Of a stretch of DNA of 64,000 bases, positions 1 to 10,400 are shown piece after piece. The stretch is from Eledone cirrhosa. Its lineage: Eukaryota. Under the pieces are notes generated by a model. That model was not told the origin of the DNA. It ran no database searches and worked only from the letters and a program-made list of their open reading frames with translations. The stretch covers positions 24,676,001 to 24,740,000 of the forward strand of contig OZ024743.1 in NCBI GenBank assembly GCA_964016885.1, read 5' to 3'. The first letter of the stretch is position 1. Each line of letters starts with the position of its first letter. Both the position numbers and the translations under genes were made by a program.

Positions 1-224
1 TGTCCTTCCTCAGTCATCCCAAACCTTGTTTGCTGTAGTTAACTGTGCTGACAGTTGGTTATGTCCCTCCTCAGTCATCTCAACCTTGTTTGCTGTAGTT
101 AACTGTGCTGACAGTTGGTTCTGTCCCTCCTCAGTCATCTCAACCTTGTTTGCTGTAGTTAACTGTGCTGACAGTTGGTTCTGTCCCTCCTCAGTCATCC
201 CAACCTTGTTTGCTGTAGTTAACT

Positions 225-3200
225 GTGCTGACAGTTGGTTCTGTCCTTCCTCAGTCATCCCAAACCTTGTTTGCTGTAGTTAACTGTGCTGACAGTTGGT
301 TATGTCCCTCCTCAGTCATCTCAACCTTGTTTGCTGTAGTTAACTGTGCTGACAGTTGGTTATGTCCCTCCTCAGTCATCTCAACCTTGTTTGCTGTAGT
401 TAACTGTGCTGACAGTTGGTTCTGTCCCTCCTCAGTCATCCCAACCTTGTTTGCTGTAGTTAACTGTGCTGACAGTTGGTTATGTCCCTCCTCAGTCATC
501 CCAACCTTGTTTGCTGTAGTTAACTGTGCTGACAGTTGGTTCTGTCCCTCCTCAGTCATCCCAGCCTTGTTTGCTGTAGTTAACTGTGCTGACAGTTGGT
601 TCTGTCCCTCCTCAGTCATCCCAACCTTGTTTGCTGTAGTTAACTGTGCTGACAGTTGGTTCTGTCCCTCCTCAGTCATCCCAGCCTTGTTTGCTGTAGT
701 TAACTGGGCTGACAGTTGGTTCTGTCCCTCCTCAGTCATCCCAACCTTGTTTGCTGTAGTTAACTGTGCTGACAGTTGGTTCTGTCCTTCCTCAGTCATC
801 CCAAACCTTGTTTGCTGTAGTTAACTGTGCTGACAGTTGGTTATGTCCCTCCTCAGTCATCTCAACCTTGTTTGCTGTAGTTAACTGTGCTGACAGTTGG
901 TTCTGTCCCTCCTCAGTCATCCCAACCTTGTTTGCTGTAGTTAACTGTGCTGACAGTTGGTTATGTCCCTCCTCAGTCATCTCAACCTTGTTTGCTGTAG
1001 TTAACTGTGCTGACAGTTGGTTCTGTCCCTCCTCAGTCATCTCAACCTTGTTTACTGTAGTTAACTGTGCGGACAGTTTGTTCTGTCCTTCCTCAGCGAT
1101 CCCAACCTTGTTTGCTGTAGTTAACTGGGCTGACAGTTGGTTCTGTCCCTCCTCAGTCATCCCAACCTTGTTTGCTGTAGTTAACTGTGCTGACAGTTTG
1201 TTCTGTCCCTCCTCAGTCATCCCAACCTTGTTTGCTGTAGTTAACTGTGCTGACAGTTTGTTCTGTCCCTCCTCAGTCATCTCAACCTTGTTTGCTGTAG
1301 TTAACTGTGCTGACAGTAGGTTCTGTCCCTCCTCAGTCATCCCAACCTTGTTTGCTGTAGTTAACTGTGCTGACAGTAGGTTCTGTCCCTCCTCAGTCAT
1401 CCCAACCTTGTTTGCTGTAGTTAACTGTGCTGACAGTTGGTTCTGTCCCTCCTCAGTCATCCCAACCTTGTTTGCTGTAGTTAACTGTGCTGACAGTTGG
1501 TTCTGTCCCTCCTCAGTCATCCCAGCCTTGTTTGCTGTAGTTAACTGGGCTGACAGTTGGTTCTGTCCCTCCTCAATCATCCCAACCTTGTTTGCTGTAG
1601 TTAACTGTGCTGACAATTGGTTGTGTCCCTCCTCAGTCATCTCAAACCTTGTTTGATGTAGTTAACTGTGCTGACAGTTTGTTCTGTCCCTCCTCAGTCG
1701 TCTCAAACCTTGTTTGATGTAGTTAACTGTGCTGACAGTTTGTTCTGTCCCTCCTCAGTCATCTCAAACCTTGTTTGATGTAGTTAACTGTGCTGACAGT
1801 TTGTTCTGTCCCTCCTCAGTCATCTCAAACCTTCTTTGATGTAGTTAACTGTGCGGACAGTTTGTTCTGTCCCTCCTCAGCCATCCCAACCTTGTTTGCT
1901 GTAGTTAACTGTGCTGACAGTGTGTTCTGTCCCTCCTCAGTCATCCCAGCCTTGTTTGCTGTAGTTAACTGTGCTGACAGTTGGTTCTGTCCCTCCTCAG
2001 TCATCCCAGCCTTGTTTGCTGTAGTTAACTGGGCTGACAGTTGGTTCTGTCCCTCCTCAATCATCCCAACCTTGTTTGCTGTAGTTAACTGTGCTGACAA
2101 TTGGTTGTGTCCCTCCTCAGTCATCTCAACCTTGTTTGCTGTAGTTAACTGTGCTGACAGTTGGTTCTGTCCCTCCTCAGTCATCCCAACCTTGTTTGAT
2201 GTAGTTAACCGTGCTGACAGTTTGTTCTGTCCCTCCTCAGTCATCCCAGCCTTGTTTGCTGTAGTTAACTGTGCTGACAGTTGGTTCTGTCCCTCCTCAG
2301 TCATCCCAACCTTGTTTGCTGTAGTTAACTGTGCTGACAGTTGGTTCTGTCCCTCCTCAGTCATCTCAACCTTGTTTGCTGTAGTTAACTGTGCTGACAG
2401 TTTGTTCTGTCCCTCCTCAGTCATCTCAACCTTGTTTGCTGTAGTTAACTGTGCTGACAGTTGGTTCTGTCCCTCCTCAGTCATCCCAACCTTGTTTGAT
2501 GTAGTTAACTGTGCGGACAGTTTGTTCTGTCCCTCCTCAGTCATCCCAACCTTGTTTGCTGTAGATAACTGTGCTGACAGTTGGTTCTGTCCCTCCTCAG
2601 TCGTCTCAACCTTGTTTGCTGTAGTTAACTGTGCTGACAGTTTGTTCTGTCCCTCCTCAGTCATCCCAACCTTGTTTGCTGTAGTTAACTGGGCTGACAG
2701 TTGGTTCTGTCCCTCCTCAGTCATCCCAACCTTGTTTGCTGTAGTTAACTGTGCTGACAGTTTGTTCTGTCCCTCCTCAGTCATCCCAACCTTGTTTACT
2801 GTAGTTAACTGTGCTGACAGTTTGTTCTGTCCCTCCTCAGTCATCTCAACCTTGTTTGCTGTAGTTAACTGTGCTGACAGTTGGTTCTGTCCCTCCTCAG
2901 TCATCCCAGCCTTGTTTGCTGTAGTTAACTGTGCTGACAGTTGGTTCTGTCCCTCCTCAGTCATCCCAACCTTGTTTGCTGTAGTTAACTGTGCTGACAG
3001 TGTGTTCTGTCCCTCCTCAGTCATCTCAACCTAGTTTGATGTAGTTAACTGTGCGGACAGTTTGTTCTGTCCCTCCTCAGCCATCCCAACCTTGTTTGCT
3101 GTAGTTAATTGTGCTGACAGTTGGTTCTGTCCCTCCTCAGTCATCCCAGCCTTGTTTGCTGTAGTTAACTGGGCTGACAGTTGGTTCTGTCCCTCCTCAG

Positions 3201-6200
3201 TCATCTCAACCTAGTTTGCTGTAGTTAACTGTGCTGACAGTTGGTTGTGTCCCTCCTCAGTCATCTCAAACCTTGTTTGATGTAGTTAACTGTGCTGACA
3301 GTGTGTTCTGTCCCTCCTCAGTCATCTCAACCTAGTTTGCTGTAGTTAACTGTGCTGACAGTTGGTTGTGTCCCTCCTCAGTCATCTCAAACCTTGTTTG
3401 ATGTAGTTAACTGTGCTGACAGTTTGTTCTGTCCCTCCTCAGTCGTCTCAAACCTTGTTTGATGTAGTTAACTGTGCTGACAGTTTGTTCTGTCCCTCCT
3501 CAGTCATCTCAAACCTTGTTTGATGTAGTTAACTGTGCTGACAGTTTGTTCTGTCCCTCCTCAGTCATCTCAAACCTTCTTTGATGTAGTTAACTGTGCG
3601 GACAGTTTGTTCTGTCCCTCCTCAGCCATCCCAACCTTGTTTGCTGTAGTTAACTGTGCTGACAGTGTGTTCTGTCCCTCCTCAGTCATCTCAAACCTTC
3701 TTTGATGTAGTTAACTGTGCGGACAGTTTGTTCTGTCCCTCCTCAGTCATCCCAGCCTTGTTTGCTGTAGTTAACTGTGCTGACAGTTGGTTCTGTCCCT
3801 CCTCAGTCATCCCAGCCTTGTTTGCTGTAGTTAACTGGGCTGACAGTTGGTTCTGTCCCTCCTCAATCATCCCAACCTTGTTTGCTGTAGTTAACTGTGC
3901 TGACAATTGGTTGTGTCCCTCCTCAGTCATCTCAACCTTGTTTGCTGTAGTTAACTGTGCTGACAGTTGGTTCTGTCCCTCCTCAGTCATCCCAACCTTG
4001 TTTGATGTAGTTAACCGTGCTGACAGTTTGTTCTGTCCCTCCTCAGTCATCCCAGCCTTGTTTGCTGTAGTTAACTGTGCTGACAGTTGGTTCTGTCCCT
4101 CCTCAGTCATCCCAACCTTGTTTGCTGTAGTTAACTGTGCTGACAGTTGGTTCTGTCCCTCCTCAGTCATCTCAACCTTGTTTGCTGTAGTTAACTGTGC
4201 TGACAGTTTGTTCTGTCCCTCCTCAGTCATCTCAACCTTGTTTGCTGTAGTTAACTGTGCTGACAGTTGGTTCTGTCCCTCCTCAGTCATCCCAACCTTG
4301 TTTGATGTAGTTAACTGTGCGGACAGTTTGTTCTGTCCCTCCTCAGTCATCCCAACCTTGTTTGCTGTAGATAACTGTGCTGACAGTTGGTTCTGTCCCT
4401 CCTCAGTCGTCTCAACCTTGTTTGCTGTAGTTAACTGTGCTGACAGTTTGTTCTGTCCCTCCTCAGTCATCCCAACCTTGTTTGCTGTAGTTAACTGGGC
4501 TGACAGTTGGTTCTGTCCCTCCTCAGTCATCCCAACCTTGTTTGCTGTAGTTAACTGTGCTGACAGTTGGTTCTGTCCCTCCTCAGTCATCCCAGCCTTG
4601 TTTGCTGTAGTTAACTGGGCTGACAGTTGGTTCTGTCCCTCCTCAGTCATCCCAACCTTGTTTGCTGTAGTTAACTGTGCTGACAGTTGGTTATGTCCCT
4701 CCTCAGTCATCTCAACCTTGTTTGCTGTAGTTAACTGTGCTGACAGTTGGTTCTGTCCCTCCTCAGTCATCCCAACCTTGTTTGCTGTAGTTAACTGTGC
4801 TGAGAGTTGGTTATGTCCCTCCTCAGTCATCCCAACCTTGTTTGCTGTAGTTAACTGTGCTGACAGTTGGTTCTGTCCCTCCTCAGTCATCCCAGCCTTG
4901 TTTGCTGTAGTTAACTGTGCTGACAGTTGGTTCTGTCCCTCCTCAGTCATCCCAACCTTGTTTGCTGTAGTTAACTGTGCTGACAGTTGGTTCTGTCCCT
5001 CCTCAGTCATCCCAGCCTTGTTTGCTGTAGTTAACTGGGCTGACAGTTGGTTCTGTCCCTCCTCAATCATCCCAACCTTGTTTGCTGTAGTTAACTGTGC
5101 TGACAGTTGGTTGTGTCCCTCCTCAGTCATCTCAACCTTGTTTGCTGTAGTTAACTGTGCTGACAGTTGGTTCTGTCCCTCCTCAGTCATCCCAACCTTG
5201 TTTGATGTAGTTAACCGTGCTGACAGTTTGTTCTGTCCCTCCTCAGTCATCCCAGCCTTGTTTGCTGTAGTTAACTGGGCTGACAGTTGGTTCTGTCCCT
5301 CCTCAGTCATCCCAACCTTGTTTGCTGTAGTTAACTGTGCGGACAGTTTGTTCTGTCCCTCCTCAGTCATCCCAACCTTGTTTGATGTAGTTAACTGTGC
5401 GGACAGTTTGTTCTGTCCCTCCTCAGTCATCCCAACCTTGTTTGCTGTAGATAACTGTGCTGACAGTTGGTTCTGTCCCTCCTCAGTCGTCTCAACCTTG
5501 TTTGCTGTAGTTAACTGTGCTGACAATTTGTTCTGTCCCTCCTCAGTCATCCCAACCTTGTTTGCTGTAGTTAACTGTGCTGACAGTTGGTTCTGTCCCT
5601 CCTCAGTCATCCCAACCTTGTTTGCTGTAGTTAACTGTGCTGACAGTTGGTTCTGTCCCTCCTCAGTCATCCCAGCCTTGTTTGCTGTAGTTAACTGGGC
5701 TGACAGTTGGTTCTGTCCCTCCTCAGTCATCCCAACCTTGTTTGCTGTAGTTAACTGTGCTGACAGTTGGTTCTGTCCTTCCTCAGTCATCCCAAACCTT
5801 GTTTGCTGTAGTTAACTGTGCTGACAGTTGGTTATGTCCCTCCTCAGTCATCTCAACCTTGTTTGCTGTAGTTAACTGTGCTGACAGTTGGTTCTGTCCC
5901 TCCTCAGTCATCCCAACCTTGTTTGCTGTAGTTAACTGTGCTGACAGTTGGTTATGTCCCTCCTCAGTCATCCCAACCTTGTTTGCTGTAGTTAACTGTG
6001 CTGACAGTTGGTTCTGTCCCTCCTCAGTCATCCCAGCCTTGTTTGCTGTAGTTAACTGTGCTGACAGTTGGTTCTGTCCCTCCTCAGTCATCCCAACCTT
6101 GTTTGCTGTAGTTAACTGTGCTGACAGTTGGTTCTGTCCCTCCTCAGTCATCCCAGCCTTGTTTGCTGTAGTTAACTGGGCTGACAGTTGGTTCTGTCCC

Positions 6201-6960
6201 TCCTCAGTCATCCCAACCTTGTTTGCTGTAGTTAACTGTGCTGACAGTTGGTTCTGTCCTTCCTCAGTCATCCCAAACCTTGTTTGCTGTAGTTAACTGT
6301 GCTGACAGTTGGTTATGTCCCTCCTCAGTCATCTCAACCTTGTTTGCTGTAGTTAACTGTGCTGACAGTTGGTTCTGTCCCTCCTCAGTCATCCCAACCT
6401 TGTTTGCTGTAGTTAACTGTGCTGACAGTTGGTTATGTCCCTCCTCAGTCATCTCAACCTTGTTTGCTGTAGTTAACTGTGCTGACAGTTGGTTCTGTCC
6501 CTCCTCAGTCATCTCAACCTTGTTTACTGTAGTTAACTGTGCGGACAGTTTGTTCTGTCCTTCCTCAGCGATCCCAACCTTGTTTGCTGTAGTTAACTGG
6601 GCTGACAGTTGGTTCTGTCCCTCCTCAGTCATCCCAACCTTGTTTGCTGTAGTTAACTGTGCTGACAGTTTGTTCTGTCCCTCCTCAGTCATCCCAACCT
6701 TGTTTGCTGTAGTTAACTGTGCTGACAGTTTGTTCTGTCCCTCCTCAGTCATCTCAACCTTGTTTGCTGTAGTTAACTGTGCTGACAGTAGGTTCTGTCC
6801 CTCCTCAGTCATCCCAACCTTGTTTGCTGTAGTTAACTGTGCTGACAGTAGGTTCTGTCCCTCCTCAGTCATCCCAACCTTGTTTGCTGTAGTTAACTGT
6901 GCTGACAGTTGGTTCTGTCCCTCCTCAGTCATCCCAACCTTGTTTGCTGTAGTTAACTGT
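225..6960. repeat. Dispersed block duplication: ~225-1490 recurs at ~5757-6960 (offset 5532 then 5472)
   Basis: ORFs at 225/5757 and 766/6238 have matching variant order. Rare TTTACTG, CAGCGATC and the paired CAGTAGG monomers are shared. Confidence 0.85.
1930..4550. repeat. Block duplication, offset 1806 bp (30 monomers + 6)
   Basis: CTCAATC at 2060 and 3866 is followed in both copies by ACAATT, AACCGT, GCGGAC and GATAAC in the same order. Further partial copies lie at ~5040-5530 and ~8940-9620. Confidence 0.85.
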
Positions 6961-9900
6961 GCTGACAGTGTGTTCTGTCCCTCCTCAGTCATCTCAACCT
7001 AGTTTGATGTAGTTAACTGTGCGGACAGTTTGTTCTGTCCCTCCTCAGCCATCCCAACCTTGTTTGCTGTAGTTAACTGTGCTGACAGTTGGTTCTGTTC
7101 CTCCTCAGTAATCCCAACCTTGTTTGATGTAGTTAACTGTGCTGACAGTTTGTTCTGTCCCTCCTCAGTCATCCCAGCCTTGTTTGCTGTAGTTAACTGG
7201 GCTGACAGTTGGTTCTGTCCCTCCTCAGTCATCCCAACCTTGTTTGCTGTAGTTAACTGTGCTGACAGTTGGTTCTGTCCTTCCTCAGTCATCCCAACCT
7301 TGTTTGCTGTAGTTAACTGTGCTGACAGTGTGTTCTGTCCCTCCTCAGTCATCTCAACCTAGTTTGATGTAGTTAACTGTGCGGACAGTTTGTTCTGTCC
7401 CTCCTCAGCCATCCCAACCTTGTTTGCTGTAGTTAACTGTGCTGACAGTTGGTTCTATCCCTCCTCAGTCATCCCAAACCTTGTTTGATGTAGTTAACTG
7501 TGCTGACAGTTTGTTCTGTCCCTCCTCAGTCATCCCAGCCTTGTTTGCTGTAGTTAACTGGGCTGACAGTTGGTTCTGTCCCTCCTCAATCATCCCAACC
7601 TTGTTTGCTGTAGTTAACTGTGCTGACAGTTGGTTCTGTCCCTCCTCAGTCATCTCAACCTTGTTTGCTGTAGTTAACTGTGCTGACAGTTCTTTATGTC
7701 CCTCCTCAGTCATCTCAACCTTGTTTGCTGTAGTTAACTGTGCTGACAGTTGGTTCTGTCCCTCCTCAGTCATCCCAACCTTGTTTGCTGTAGTTAACTG
7801 TGCTGACAGTTGGTTATGTCCCTCCTCAGTCATCTCAACCTTGTTTGCTGTAGTTAACTGTGCTGACAGTTGGTTCTGTCCCTCCTCAGTCATCTCAACC
7901 TTGTTTACTGTAGTTAACTGTGCGGACAGTTTGTTCTGTCCTTCCTCAGCGATCCCAACCTTGTTTGCTGTAGTTAACTGGGCTGACAGTTGGTTCTGTC
8001 CCTCCTCAGTCATCCCAACCTTGTTTGCTGTAGTTAACTGTGCTGACAGTTTGTTCTGTCCCTCCTCAGTCATCCCAACCTTGTTTGCTGTAGTTAACTG
8101 TGCTGACAGTTTGTTCTGTCCCTCCTCAGTCATCTCAACCTTGTTTGCTGTAGTTAACTGTGCTGACAGTAGGTTCTGTCCCTCCTCAGTCATCCCAACC
8201 TTGTTTGCTGTAGTTAACTGTGCTGACAGTAGGTTCTGTCCCTCCTCAGTCATCCCAACCTTGTTTGCTGTAGTTAACTGTGCTGACAGTTGGTTCTGTC
8301 CCTCCTCAGTCATCCCAACCTTGTTTGCTGTAGTTAACTGTGCTGACAGTGTGTTCTGTCCCTCCTCAGTCATCTCAACCTAGTTTGATGTAGTTAACTG
8401 TGCGGACAGTTTGTTCTGTCCCTCCTCAGCCATCCCAACCTTGTTTGCTGTAGTTAACTGTGCTGACAGTTGGTTCTGTTCCTCCTCAGTAATCCCAACC
8501 TTGTTTGATGTAGTTAACTGTTCTGACAGTTTGTTCTGTCCCTCCTCAGTCATCCCAGCCTTGTTTGCTGTAGTTAACTGGGCTGACAGTTGGTTCTGTC
8601 CCTCCTCAGTCATCCCAACCTTGTTTGCTGTAGTTAACTGTGCTGACAGTTGGTTCTGTCCTTCCTCAGTCATCCCAACCTTGTTTGCTGTAGTTAACTG
8701 TGCTGACAGTGTGTTCTGTCCCTCCTCAGTCATCTCAACCTAGTTTGATGTAGTTAACTGTGCGGACAGTTTGTTCTGTCCCTCCTCAGCCATCCCAACC
8801 TTGTTTGCTGTAGTTAACTGTGCTGACAGTTGGTTCTATCCCTCCTCAGTCATCCCAAACCTTGTTTGATGTAGTTAACTGTGCTGACAGTTTGTTCTGT
8901 CCCTCCTCAGTCATCCCAGCCTTGTTTGCTGTAGTTAACTGGGCTGACAGTTGGTTCTGTCCCTCCTCAATCATCCCAACCTTGTTTGCTGTAGTTAACT
9001 GTGCTGACAGTTGGTTCTGTCCCTCCTCAGTCATCTCAACCTTGTTTGCTGTAGTTAACTGTGCTGACAGTTGGTTCTGTCCCTCCTCAGTCATCCCAAC
9101 CTTGTTTGATGTAGTTAACCGTGCTGACAGTTTGTTCTGTCCCTCCTCAGTCATCCCAGCCTTGTTTGCTGTAGTTAACTGGGCTGACAGTTGGTTCTGT
9201 CCCTCCTCAGTCGTCCCAACCTTGTTTGCTGTAGTTAACTGTGCTGACAGTTGGTTCTGTCCCTCCTCAGTCATCCCAACCTTGTTTGCTGTAGTTAACT
9301 GTGCTGACAGTTTATTCTGTCCCTCCTCAGTCATCTCAACCTTGTTTGCTGTAGTTAACTGTGCTGACAGTTGGTTCTGTCCCTCCTCAGTCATCCCAAC
9401 CTTGTTTGATGTAGTTAACTGTGCGGACAGTTTGTTCTGTCCCTCCTCAGTCATCCCAACCTTGTTTGCTGTAGATAACTGTACTGACAGTTGGTTCTGT
9501 CCCTCCTCAGTCGTCTCAACCTTGTTTGCTGTAGTTAACTGTGCTGACAGTTTGTTCTGTCCCTCCTCAGTCATCCCAACCTTGTTTGCTGTAGTTAACT
9601 GGGCTGACAGTTGGTTCTGTCCCTCCTCAGTCATCCCAACCTTGTTTGCTGTAGTTAACTGTGCTGACAGTTGGTTCTGTCCCTCCTCAGTCATCCCAGC
9701 CTTGTTTGCTGTAGTTAACTGGGCTGACAGTTGGTTATGTCCCTCCTCAGTCATCCCAACCTTGTTTGCTGTAGTTAACTGTGCTGACAGTGTGTTCTGT
9801 CCCTCCTCAGTCATCTCAACCTAGTTTGATGTAGTTAACTGTGCGGACAGTTTGTTCTGTCCCTCCTCAGCCATCCCAACCTTGTTTGCTGTAGTTAACT

Positions 9901-10400
9901 GTGCTGACAGTTGGTTCTGTCCCTCCTCAGTAATCCCAACCTTGTTTGATGTAGTTAACTGTGCTGACAGTTTGTTCTGTCCCTCCTCAGTCATCCCAGC
10001 CTTGTTTGCTGTAGTTAATTGGGCTGACAGTTGGTTCTGTCCCTCCTCAGTCATCCCAACCTTGTTTGCTGTAGTTAACTGTGCTGACAGTGTGTTCTGT
10101 CCCTCCTCAGTCATCTCAACCTAGTTTGATGTAGTTAACTGTGCGGACAGTTTGTTCTGTCCCTCCTCAGCCATCCCAACCTTGTTTGCTGTAGTTAACT
10201 GTGCTGACAGTTGGTTCTGTCCCTCCTCAGTCATCCCAAACCTTGTTTGATGTAGTTAACTGTGCTGACAGTTTGTTCTGTCCCTCCTCAGTCATCCCAG
10301 CCTTGTTTGCTGTAGTTAACTGGGCTGACAGTTGGTTCTGTCCCTCCTCAGTCATCCCAGCCTTGTTTGCTGTAGTTAACTGGGCTGACAGTTGGTTCTG
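6290..10400. repeat. Higher-order repeat, period 1381 bp (23 monomers + 1): two close copies and a diverged third
   Basis: ORF starts 6999/8380, 7030/8411 and 7439/8820/10201 differ by 1381. TGTTCC..GTAATC and TCTATCC are shared by the first two copies. Confidence 0.85.

Noticed and set aside
638-666. Rho-independent terminator or tRNA/SINE-derived unit
   Set aside because: The stems are short with no following U tract. No cloverleaf or convincing pol III A/B boxes are visible.
667-679. Shine-Dalgarno-like GAGGAGG next to ATG on the minus strand
   Set aside because: It lies downstream of the ATG (ATGACTGAGGAGG). The next repeat ATG is ~47 nt away, so the geometry is wrong for a ribosome-binding site.
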